From Octopus sinensis (lineage: Eukaryota): DNA of 64,000 bases. Of the stretch, positions 53,264 to 64,000 are shown one piece after another (positions within the stretch are counted from its first letter, which is position 1; every line of letters begins with the position of its first letter). Location of the stretch: positions 27,466,001 to 27,530,000 of the forward strand of contig NC_042997.1 of the NCBI RefSeq assembly GCF_006345805.1, read 5' to 3'. The notes under the pieces were generated by a model. It was not told the origin of the DNA. It did no database searches and was given only the letters and a program-made list of their open reading frames with translations. The translations under genes were made by a program, and so were the position numbers.

Positions 53264-53891
53264 AACACACCTATAAAAATTTCCTTTCCTACATTGACTA
53301 CAAAATGGCCTTACACTGTACAAACTATAGCTACATATGGTGCTCTTATCCAATCTCGGCATTCCGAAACGCTTTATTAAGCTCATCAGGCAGCTCTACA
53401 TTTAGCAAGAAACCTGTATTCGAGTAAACGAGAACAGAGAAGAGTTCGAATATGAGAAAGGAGTTCTTTCTCTATTCTTGTTCGACGTCACACTGAGTGG
53501 TTAATGCGAGAAGCAACACAGGAAAAAGGTGGCATCAAAATACATGGCTTGCATATTTCTAATCTAAGGAATGCAAACGATACTGCTTATGCTTGCCAAC
53601 ATTGAAGCCGAAGAAATGATAAATCGAGTCGAGAAGGTTTCGAATAAGTAAGCTCTTTATCTCAACCATAAGGAAACAAAAGTCATGGTAGTTAGAAAAG
53701 AGAAATTAAATGTTAATATTAAAATGGGTAGTGGGAGTCTCGAACAGGTTGAATTGTACAAGTATCTTGAAGCCCAAATCTCTTTAAGAAAATCATGAAG
53801 AGACGGCTAGCCAATGCAATAACGTCTATGAAAAGGCTTAATAACATCTGGAGTAGCGACGGTGTCCCAACTAAGTTTTTTTTTTTTTAAA

Positions 53892-54299
53892 GGCGCAGGA
53901 GTGGCTGTGTGGTAAGTAGCTTGCTAACCAACCACATGGTTCCGGGTTCAGTCCCACTGCGTGGCACCTTGGGCTAGCGTCTTCTGCTATAGCCCCGGGC
54001 CGACCAATGCCTTGTGAGTGGATTTGGTAGACGGAAACTGAAAGAAGCCTGTCGTATATATGTATATATATGTATATGTGTGTGTATGTGTTTGTGTGTC
54101 TATGTTTGTCCCCTAGCATTGCTTCACATCCGATGCTGGTGTGTTTACGTCCCCGTCACTTAGCGGTTCGGCAAAAGAGACCGATAGAATAAGTACTGGG
54201 CTTACAAAGAATAAGTCCCGGGGTCGATTTGCTCGACTAAAAGGCGGTGCTCCAGCATGGCCGCAGTCAAATGACTGAAACAAGTAAAAGAATAAAGAG
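53892..54299 (+). mobile_element. SINE family 1, full length
   Basis: Head-to-tail motifs. Confidence 0.9.
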
Positions 54300-54464
54300 A
54301 GTGAGCGCTTATTTGGCCATTAAGCATTCATGGCTGCGAAGCACGGACATTCAACACATTTGAAAAGAACATAAAACAATACGTTTTTAATGTGGGTGTA
54401 TAGGAGATAATATTACGAGCCTTCTACGAGGATCATCGGAAAAAACTAGGTGAAAGTCGACAAG

Positions 54465-54852
54465 TTATGGTGGAAGCACTCCGTCGGTTACGACGATGAG
54501 CGTTCCGGTTGATCCGATCAACGGACAGCCTGCTCGTGAAATTAACGTGTAAGTGGCTGAGCACTCAACAGACACGTGTACGCTTAACGTAGTTCTCGGG
54601 GATATTCAGCGGGACACAGAGAGTGACAAGGCCGGCCCCTTGAAATACAGGTACAACAGAAACAGGAAGTAAGAGTGAGAGAAAGTTGTGGTGAAAGAGT
54701 ACAGCAGGGATCACCACCATCCCCTGCCGGAGCCTAGTGGAGCTTTAGGTGTTTTCGCTCAATAAACACTCACAACGCCCCGTCTGGGAATCGAAACCGC
54801 GATCCTACGACCGCGAGTCCGCTGCCCTAACCACTAGGCCATTGCGCCTCCC
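54465..54852 (-). mobile_element. SINE family 2
   Basis: Reverse complement of 50052-50420. Confidence 0.85.
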
Positions 54853-55522
54853 GACAAGTCATGAACATTGTGATAAAACAAAAGTTCATGTATTGTAGCC
54901 ATATACGAAAAAGTAGAGGTTTTGAAAATACTTTCATGGAAGTAAGAATAAAGAGCAGTAGATCGAAAGGCAGGCAAAATACGCAGTGGATGGAAAATAT
55001 CAAGACGAATATAGCAGCGCAGCTGGAGGACTCACGCTTCATCGGAAATGGTTTAGTTAACGTGCTCCAGGTGTATAACATATGACTATGATTTACTTAG
55101 ATATCAAAGAAAATGACAAATAGCTGAAGCCGCACATATAATAGTCTCGTTTGTCCCCTCTGTGTTTAGCCCCTTGTGGGTAGTAAAGAATTATATATAA
55201 ATATATATATATATATACATATGTATACATATATAATATACATACATATATAATATATATATTATTATATATATATATAATATATATATATATATACACA
55301 TATGTAAAAGGTGTGAGAGGTATTGGTATCCAGAAAACTCAAGGTATAAGGTAGCGCTATGTAAGTGCTATGGAAGGACCGTAGTTAAATTCTCGGGTCG
55401 ATAATAATATGAGTGAGAGATTTAGTGCGGTTCTTGTATAAGCATGTACATGTTAAATAAAATATGAGACAACGAAGCCAAGGCTTGGTGAAATTTTCAA
55501 GACAATTATAAAGAGAATGTTA

Positions 55523-55570
55523 GTCTTACAGCTGTTTCTGGGATATTAGGGATATCCCTTCATTAGAGAC
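55523..55570 (-). ncRNA. Minimal type I hammerhead-like motif with mutated core (CTAATGA), Penelope-type
   Basis: Minus strand GTCT CTAATGA AGGGATATCCCTAATATCCCA GAAAC AGCT GTA AGAC. Confidence 0.5.
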
Positions 55571-56610
55571 GACGTGAGATTGTTGAATAGAGAGAAATAT
55601 TAGAGTTCAATATAAGAATTTATTTCGGAAAAGGAAGGAAATAAGGAGTATAGAGGGAAATAGGAGAATGAATGCAGAAATGAAAATAAAAATAAAACTA
55701 TATAAAGAAGTTATAGTTGCAGTTTCATTATCCAAGGAATGTGGTGTGTAGAAGAGGTAGAAATACTTCTCGTCCGTGGTATGTAAATTCCAATACGAGT
55801 TCATATTTCGTCATTACAAATGGAAAGTGTGGAGACGTAGATTCCATATGCTGTTCATTAGAAGGGGTCTTGTGATGTGAATGAAAATTTGAGAATGTAG
55901 TGGTAGTATTAAGTGGAAAGAGAGTGAAGAAGAGATGTGTATGTTAAAATGAGGAGAGAGGTCAAAAGGAAAAGGTGAGAAAAGAAGAAGGAAAGAAGGA
56001 GGAAGCGAAAATGAAAACACGAAGAGAAAATGAGAAAAAAGAGTGAATGTGAAAAAGTGAAAAAAGGAGTGTTGGTTGGTGGTCAAGATATTATGAACCT
56101 GGTGGGAGAGGAGTAGGGGAGGATAGGAGGAAATAAGACTGTAAGTGATGAATATGTGTGAGGTGTATGAGGTCGGGTGATATGTTAGAATGGCACTGAC
56201 GGATGGTAAAGAAAACAGTATAGGAGGCGGTTGTTCTAAAGTGAGTAGTAAACCTCAAAATGGAAGGGAAGAATACTAAGAATGATCAAGTTTCTATAGA
56301 TAGACATATGCTTTTAATGTGCTGGCTAATGTGATAGTGTAGGTTGAGGAATTGGCGAGAAAGAAAGAAGTATTTATTGATATACGCACGCGCATGCACA
56401 CGAACATATATGTATGTGTGTATACACTATTGTATAGGCCTGCGTACCCATGCATATTAAACACTATGTATGTATGCATATATATATATATAATATATTA
56501 TATATATATAATATATTATATATATATATAATAAAATATTAGGGAATAAATCCAAACTTACAGGGAAAAATCAGATTTAGGATTGAATCCAATTTTATAG
56601 TAACATATTA

Positions 56611-56966
56611 TATTATATTAAATTAGAGATAAAACCACTATTAGGCAAATCATACAATGAAAAACTTAAGCCAATAATAAGATTAATTAATTTATATTAT
56701 TTTAAATATATATCAAAATTATTAAAAAAGATAATTAGTATAACACTACGATCGTTTCATGGCTGTCCAATTCATAAAATGACTGTAACTCGAATTTTTA
56801 TGAATTGGACCGCCATGAAACGATCGTAGTGTTATACTAATTATCTTTTTTTAATAATTTTGATATATATTAAAATAATATAAATTAATTAATCTTATGT
56901 ATTGGCTTAAGTTTTTCATTGTATGATTTGCCTAATAGTGGTTTTATCTCTAATTTAATATAATAT
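56611..56966. repeat. ~170-bp-arm near-perfect hairpin, 16-nt spacer
   Basis: 56611-56779 is the reverse complement of 56796-56966 with few mismatches. Confidence 0.9.
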
Positions 56967-56968
56967 AC

Positions 56969-57069
<101 letters not shown>

Positions 57070-57160
57070 CATGCACACACAGACATACCCATAAATATAT
57101 GCATATACGAATACAAGTGCTGACATACACGCATACATGCACACGTACACGCACATGTAC

Positions 57161-57220
<60 letters not shown>

Positions 57221-57344
57221 CGCATATTATCCTCATACGTATGCATACGCATGTCCGTATATTTAGTTTTAAACAATTAATTAAAGATTAATGGAAAGTC
57301 AATTAGGGTTGTTGGAGATTATCTAAGAGTTGAATTTTAATATG

Positions 57345-57720
57345 TGGAATTACACTCTTAGGCAAAGCTTACAGGCGGAGCGTTGACCTTGGTATGAGAG
57401 CTCTGAATCTATTATGGAATATGAGAAGATGTAGGGAATATTTGTATTTTTGAGACGTTGTATGTGATTGGCGAGTGTTGTGGATTTATTGTTTCTCGTA
57501 TCTAAAAGAATTGAGATGCGCAGCGTATCGCCGTTTAAAATTCTATAGTTCACCCTATATATATATATATATGGTTCTATTAAAACACAACTCTTCAGTA
57601 CTTCTAAATAAATATAATGAGGCCCTAGATACATGCAACCACCGATCTTTCCATACCTTCAAATTTTACCACAAATCTAAATGTAACCTAAATAACCACA
57701 CAGCACACATCCCGAACACC
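57345..57720. mobile_element. Penelope-like element remnants in both orientations
   Basis: Minus: NKSTTLANHIQRLKNTNIPYIFSYSIID..SY....CKLCL (GIY-YIG C-terminal pattern); plus: LLNKYNEALDTCNHR (resembles LNKRSE..CRHR end). Confidence 0.65.
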
Positions 57721-57977
57721 CCTTAGGTAATCTCCTATTAATTTTTTAACACTCCAATCTTTTGTTTTAATTATTTGATATTACATATATGGACGTGGAT
57801 GTGTATAGGTATGCAGATGTATGAGCGTATGTATATATATATGAGTGTGTGTGTTGTGTGTGTGTTTGTGTGTTTGCGCGTGTGTGTGCTTGTATGTGTG
57901 TGTACGAGTGCATATAAGCGTGTATATGTATGCATGTGTATGCGTGAATATGCATATATTTATAGGTATGTGTGAGC

Positions 57978-58017
<40 letters not shown>

Positions 58018-58041
58018 TTGTATATATGCATATATCTATGA

Positions 58042-58075
<34 letters not shown>

Positions 58076-58244
58076 TGTTGTGTCTGGGGAGAGACATTTT
58101 CTTTTTGTGCCTTATAATTTAACACACTCACTGGTAAAATTTCCACTTATTCCTTATTTTTAATTTCCTAAAATCTTCGTTGCGTCTTGCAACCTTTTCA
58201 ATAGTCTTGACTCCTTTTCAAATCCAAAAACGAAATATATATCG

Positions 58245-58600
58245 CAATAAGAAACCCAACCAAAACAAGAAGACATATTTTATTCAAAATATTAAACTCA
58301 AACTTATCTGGAAAAATGAGAAATTATTGCTAATGAGATGAAAGAGGTGATCAACAAACTCATCACTGGTAGTATCGATAAGGAGATCCAAAAAAGCGTA
58401 TCAAGGTAACCACCCTCAACACGATGTCTTCAACAGGAAGGTTTTTGAAGAAACCTAAATGTGATCTTCGCAAATTGATGCAGCTACATCATGAAGTAAG
58501 AGCACAACTGGTACATCTGGCAGAGAAACTAGGAAGGTTTTCAGACCAGTGGGTTGTGAACCACCCGTACTAGTACAATATCTGGAGAACGGTAATTATT
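58245..58600 (+). pseudogene. RPS3A: RPS3A processed-pseudogene fragment (3' part), inverted duplicate
   Basis: MKEVINKLITGSIDKEIQK, KKPKCDLRKLMQLH, GCEPPVL match RPS3A C-terminal half; reverse complement of 59480-60110. Confidence 0.8.
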
Positions 58601-58710
58601 ATTCTTGCATTTGCATACATGCGTACGGGTTACTCCTTATTTCTTTCCTTTTCCAAAATAACTACTTGTATTGAATACTAATATTCCCTTCTATTTAATC
58701 ATCTCACATT

Positions 58711-58758
58711 GTCTCTGATGAAGGGATATCCCTAATATCCTAGAAACAACTGTAAGAC
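58711..58758 (+). ncRNA. Minimal type I hammerhead ribozyme motif, Penelope-type
   Basis: GTCT CTGATGA AGGGATAT-CCCTA-ATATCCTA GAAAC AACT GTA AGAC: stem I GTCT/AGAC, CUGAUGA and GAAA cores, GUA triplet; stem II base is atypical. Confidence 0.55.
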
Positions 58759-58852
58759 TAACTTTCTCTTTATCAATATCTTGAAAATTCCACATAGCCT
58801 TAGATTTGCTATCTCACTTTATTTAACATATATATATATATATATATATATA

Positions 58853-59063
58853 TACTCTTTTACTCTTTTACTTGTTTCAGTCATTTGACTGCGGCCATGC
58901 TGGAGCACCGCCTTTAGTCGATCAAATCGACCCCGGGACTTATTCTTTGTAAGCCCAGTACTTATTCTATCGGTCATTTTTGCCGAACCGCTAAGTGACG
59001 GGGACGTAAACACACCAGCATCGGTTGTCAAGCAATGCTAGGGGGACAAACACAGACACACAA

Positions 59064-59120
<57 letters not shown>

Positions 59121-59272
59121 CATATATACGACAGGCTTCTTTCAGTTTCCGTCTAACAAATCCACTCACAAAGCATTGGTCGGCCCAGGGCTATAGCAGA
59201 AGACACTTGCCCAAGATGCCACGCAATGGGACTGAACCCGGAACCATGTGGTTGGTTATCAAGCTACTTACC
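58853..59272 (-). mobile_element. SINE family 1
   Basis: Head-to-tail motifs. Confidence 0.88.
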
Positions 59273-59309
<37 letters not shown>

Positions 59310-59479
59310 TCGCTCTCCCTCGGTCTCTCACATCCTTCCCCCTCACAGACGCATATACACACGCACACACACACATATAGTGGAATTAGAAATAGTTCTT
59401 TGTACAGAATTATATACTTCACAAAAGAGCCAGGAATGATATTTCTAATTATTTTTGCCGCTTTATAAATTAAATGCAA

Positions 59480-60431
59480 GAATACCGTTCTCCAGATATT
59501 TTACTAGAACAGGTGGTTCACAACCCACTGGTCTGGAATCCTTCCCAGTTTCTCTGCCAGATGCACCAGTTGTGCTGTTACTTCATGATGTAGCTGCATC
59601 AATTTGCGAAGGTAACATTTAGGTTTCTTCAAAAACTTTCCTGCTGAAGACATACGAGTTCATATTTCGTCATTACAAATGGAAAGTGTGGAGACGTAGA
59701 TTCCATATGCTGTTCATTAGAAGGGGTCTTGTGATGTGAATGAAAATTTGAGAATGTAGTGGTAGTATTAAGTGGAAAGAGAGTGAAGAAGAGATGTGTA
59801 TGTTAAAATGAGGAGAGAGGTCAAAAGGAAAAGGTGAGAAAAGAAGAAGGAAAGAAAGAGGAAGAGAAAATGAAAACAAGAAGAGAAAATGAGAAAAAAG
59901 AGTGTGAAAGAATGTGAAAGAATGTGTGAAAGAATGTGAAAAAGTGAAAAAAGGAGTGATTACTTTGAGACGTTTTTTGAATCTCCTTACCGATGAGTTT
60001 GTTGACCACCTCTTTCATGTCATTAGCAATAATTTCCCATTTTCCCAGATAAGTTTTACTTTAACATGCTGAATAAAACATGTCTTCTTGTTTTGGTTGG
60101 GTTTCTTATTGTGAGACCAATGCAGATCATTGTAGACCGACATCCGGCAGTGTTTCGTACATCGACATATGCCTGAATCAAAGCCTGCCATTTCTTCGAC
60201 ACGGATCAGGGTTTATTTCTGGTCAGATCCATACCGTGGGAATTGGTAAGAACGATCAGCTTTATGTTGCAGAAGGTAATTTCTTCATTTCCAAGACCTG
60301 CTAGAGATATTTCAAGAAGGCATCATTTCAGAACCCCCAATGCAATTTTAGTACTTAGTACTTTGTGTTCCAGCTCCTAAAATTTCGCCGAGATGTCTAA
60401 TACGGAAAATACCAGGGGCTTTGACATCATA
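59480..60431 (-). pseudogene. RPS3A: RPS3A processed pseudogene, body (from YDVKAP to C-terminus), interrupted at ~59650-59960
   Basis: YDVKAPGIFRIRHLGEIL..TQSTK, NSHGMDLTRNK..KKWQALIQAYVDVRNT, MKEVVNKLI, KKPK..LRKLMQLH, GCEPPVL; intronless with stops and frameshifts. Confidence 0.88.
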
Positions 60432-60532
60432 CTTCTTCTGACCTTTGGTTATGGCGGTTGGAAAAAATAAGAGGCTTACAAAGAGCGAGAAAAAAGGCCC
60501 AAAACGAAAGCAGTGGAGACTTTTACAAGAAA
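60432..60532 (+). pseudogene. RPS3A: RPS3A 5' end in inverted orientation
   Basis: Pyrimidine-rich leader then ATG at 60451: MAVGKNKRLTKSEKKGPKRK..VETFTRK. Confidence 0.88.
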
Positions 60533-61071
60533 CCACTCCAATGTCTCTAACAATAAAACATTGTGAGAATGTCAGTACGATGGTATCGCTATAGCTTCGT
60601 CCAATGCGAGAACTCGCGCTTCATCGGGAAAGCTTTCGCAAAAAGCGTACGATACATGACGGCTGCTATACAAATATACTGTAGTTCCGCTTTGTTGGTA
60701 GAGTACTGGTGTAAAGTATGTATGCAGAATAGCAACCTTTCTCGGATGCTATTTATGTATTTTCGGTTTTATTTGCGAGATGTGAGGAACAAAATGTGAC
60801 CCTCTATTTAAATTGTCATCATATACGTTGGGAACTGATCCCGATTGTTTCTAGTGTTGGAGAGTCTTGTACGCGTAATTGTTGTACTTTTTGTGTAATA
60901 AGTCAAAGTGCGCATTTCCTGTTTATGATTATTCGGCTAAATAATACGGGTAACACTTGAATTATCTTTCTTCTCTTGTCTTTGATGTAGTCTGTTATTA
61001 ACCGTATTCGTTTGTGCTTATTCGTGTTGCAGGAATATTGGATATTTTTTTAATCTTGTATCTTATTATTT

Positions 61072-61400
61072 GTAACAGTCATTAGACTGCGGCCCTGCCT
61101 TGAATTTTTACTTGAATGAATCGAACCCAATACTTATTCTATAGCTCACTTTTGCGGAACCGCTAAGTTACGGAGACGTAAAAACACCAACACTGGTTGT
61201 CAAGCGATAATGGGCGAGTGGACAAACACAGACACAAAGAGACATACACATGTATATATATGTATATGTAGGACTGGCTTCTTTCAGTTTCCGTCTACCA
61301 AATCCACTCACAAGGCTTTGGTCGGCCCGAAGCTATAGTAGAAGGCAGTGGCCCAAGGTGTCACATGGTTGGGAAGCAAGCTCCTTACCACACAGTCACT
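61072..61400 (-). mobile_element. SINE family 1 (diverged)
   Basis: Core motifs. Confidence 0.7.
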
Positions 61401-61439
61401 AAACTTTTGTAATGTATGATTTCATATGTGAAAAAGAGA

Positions 61440-61905
61440 AGCAACCTTTTTTTGTGTATTAGAGTCCAGAAGCTGGCTACCCGCATGGTTCATGGTCTCA
61501 AAAATTTGTCCTACGAAGAAAGGCTGAGGACGCTCGACCTTTATTCTCTTGAAAAACGCCGCCGCCGTGGTGATCTCATTCTCGCCCACAACATCATAAG
61601 CGGAAAGTGTAACCTCTCGAAAGAGCTGTTCTTCACTCCTGCTCCAGAGCGTCGGCTGCGGGGTCATTCCGAAAAGCTCTACCTGCGACGATTTCATCTC
61701 AATCGAAGGAGAGGAGCTTTGGATCCGTGGAACAAGCTGCCAGACGAGATGGTGAAGATGCCGACGACCGCTTTGTTCAAAGCCTCCCTTGACCTCAAGT
61801 GGCCTGAACTCTTTACATGAACACCACCCCGTACATAACTCCATGTCCCCCTACACGGCCTTGCTTTTTGCTTTTGAGCCAAATTAACTAACTAACTAAC
61901 TAACT
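61440..61905 (+). mobile_element. CR1-type LINE 3' fragment
   Basis: RVQKLATRMVHGLKNLSYEERLRTLDLYSLEKRRRRGDLI...RGHSEKLY...WNKLP; (TAAC)n tail. Confidence 0.85.
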
Positions 61906-62140
61906 TATTCAATTATGGTTTAACATTTTATCAGTGTTTTCTTTTCTCGGTTTCATTTGTTGATTATTTCAACAATAGCACTGGATAATTTTCGGAGCAA
62001 TATGTAGCGTTCCTGCATATCAAACGTCACTTGATGTTCACTGTCATCATCGTCGTCGTCGTCGTCATCATCATCATCATCATCGTAATTTTTGCTGTTG
62101 TTATTCTTGTTGTTATTACAAATATTATTATTATTATTGA

Positions 62141-62690
62141 TTGAGAGAACAGGACGTGCAATCAAAGTGACAATGGATTACAAGCATACAAAGCCAATTA
62201 TCTCCCTGACTACTCGTCTGATAAAGGTAAACCAGACACATGCATGACAACCATATCTACGCGACATGGTGATCTCATATCAAAATAAACAGCGCATGAT
62301 CGTGAAAGTGGGGCCTTATTTGAATTTTCATCAGGTTAAGTAGTCCGTTCCACACAAAAGGTCCCACAATAAGGGTTGTTTAAGGATTTTGAAAGAAATA
62401 CCCATGTTTCCGTAGGTGAATTATCCAAACCTCTAAGAATTCATTTCAACACACGGCTATGATGCCCCCCCCCACTACTTCTGCTCGTGATCAGAGGTGC
62501 AATATATCGTCATCCACCAAGGGTTGTGTTCATCTGCCTAAGGTCAAACAAGTGACAAGCAAATCTGTGGTATTAAGCAGGATATTTCTCATAGTTCAGA
62601 TTTTACATCAAGACTAAACCTGTACATGACATTTACAATCAGTTAAGATCAGAAGCCATGAGAGCCAGTGCCTCATATTGCATCAGACAT
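62141..62690. mobile_element. ~555-bp (ATT)n-embedded element, diverged copy
   Basis: Similar to 29062-29615. Confidence 0.7.
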
Positions 62691-62702
62691 TTATTATTAT
62701 TA

Positions 62703-62734
<32 letters not shown>

Positions 62735-62904
62735 GCGCTATTACTATAATTATTATTATTATTATTATTAGCGCTATACTATAATTATTATTATTATTAT
62801 TATTAGCGCTATTACTATAATTATTATTATTATTATTATTATCATCATCATCATCATCATCATTATTATTATTACTATTATTATTTTTATCATTATTATC
62901 ATCA

Positions 62905-62941
<37 letters not shown>

Positions 62942-63009
62942 CATTATTATTATTATCATTATCATCATCATATCATCATCATCATCATCATCATCATCAT
63001 TTCTATTTA

Positions 63010-63600
63010 CAACAGGTTTTGTTGGAGCTCCTGGAGTCTTACATGTGCAGCAAGCTTGCTACCTGCAGCCTACGCTACCATGCTATCCATTCTTTTCAGC
63101 TATCTAATACTTTCCTGATTATTGGTGGGTCAAAGAGGCTAGCAACATCTGCTATACACCTCATCCACCACCGCTTGGTCCGGTTGTAGCACCTGACCTG
63201 TTTTGGTTAGGAAATCCGACAGTATTTTGCAGGACACCTCTTCCATGATTCCATGGGGATTGTGATCATATCACTTTTTGTCTCTCTATAGACCCCACTA
63301 TTCACATAGTTTCCAATGTTCCACTCTTTCTCTCTCATCGTCTCTCTACAACTTGTAATCGTTTGAGGCAAGTCTAGAGCATTCGTTTGCGGTATATGCA
63401 AAGGTTTCCTCCACTCTGTTACAGATACAGCACAGAGGAAACACTTTCTCATTCCTAATGTTGACCTTTCTGTTTATGGTCAAAGCTTGCTCTTGTGCTA
63501 GCAGTATGATGCGCTTAATCCCTGCTCCCTTCGCTGCTCCTTTCCCTGCTCCTTTCCTCAAGGTTGCAGTAACTTCACTCTTTGCTACATAGCACTATTT
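63010..63600 (-). mobile_element. Degenerate Dong/R4 RLE fragment
   Basis: LLAQEQALT, CCIC..EETFAYTANECSRLA, QPDQAVVD remnants. Confidence 0.6.
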
Positions 63601-63609
63601 CTGTAGTCC

Positions 63610-64000
63610 TTTACTCTTTACTCTTTTACTTGTTTCAGTCATTTGACTGCGGCCATGCAGGAGCACTGCCTTTAATCGAGCAACTCGACCCCGTGACTTA
63701 TTCTTTTTTGCAAGCCCAGTACTTATTCTATCGGTCTCTTTTGCCGAACCGCTAAGATACGGGGACATAAACACACCAGCATCGCTAGGGGGACAAACAC
63801 AGACACACAAACACACACATACATATATACTTATACATATATACGACGGGCTTCTTTCAGTTTCCGTCTACCAAATCCACTCACAAGGCTTTGGTCGGCC
63901 CGAGGCTATAGTAGTAGACACTTGCCCAAGGTGCCACGCAGTGAGACTGAACCCGGAACCATGTGGTTGGTAAGCAAGCTACTTGCCACACAGCCAATCC
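63610..64000 (-). mobile_element. SINE family 1
   Basis: Tail to head motifs, runs to window end. Confidence 0.88.

Larger units (their letters stand above)
51990..55075 (+). mobile_element. Highly degenerate RTE-type LINE interrupted by three SINEs
   Basis: SLIPHASKVLFIII, DFRAVIG, ILVRRHTEWLMRE, SHIRKSRGFENTFMEVRIKSSRSKGRQNTQWMENIK remnants. Confidence 0.6.

Noticed and set aside
63015-63110. Acceptor-like tttacaacag|GTTTTT resembling the start of an IL-17 exon 2
   Set aside because: Frame stops after ~30 codons with no IL-17 motifs; the opposite strand is a Dong RLE remnant

Overview
AT-rich, microsatellite- and transposon-dense animal DNA. It is most likely octopod cephalopod, inferred from my recall of the SINE families plus clustered IL-17-like genes. 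It holds part of an interleukin-17-like cytokine cluster. Copy A (+) has its coding exon at 12168-12695, copy B (-) at 31573-32100 with first exon 32633-32686, and an older paralog C (+) at 43320-43846 carries two +1 frameshifts. A further copy is predicted just left of the window. The main result is structural: positions ~100-36560 form two chained giant palindromes, i.e. an inverted-triplication-like array of an IL-17 unit. The fold-back centres are at 6410-6445 (36-nt spacer) and 22016-22020 (5-nt spacer), both inside RTE-type LINE fragments. The A/B coding exons sit in a sharply bounded ~740-bp tract of ~99% identity within much more diverged arms, which suggests arm-to-arm gene conversion. 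Copy A appears to have lost the first exon/promoter segment that B retains. Also present are R4/Dong-type retrotransposons stacked in (TAA)n tracts, Penelope-type remnants with minimal hammerhead ribozyme motifs, and an RPS3A processed pseudogene with a twin-priming-like 5' inversion. Tc1/mariner, CR1, Helitron-like elements and many tRNA-derived SINEs fill much of the rest. All alignments and identities were estimated by eye; most repeat boundaries are approximate (tens of bp).
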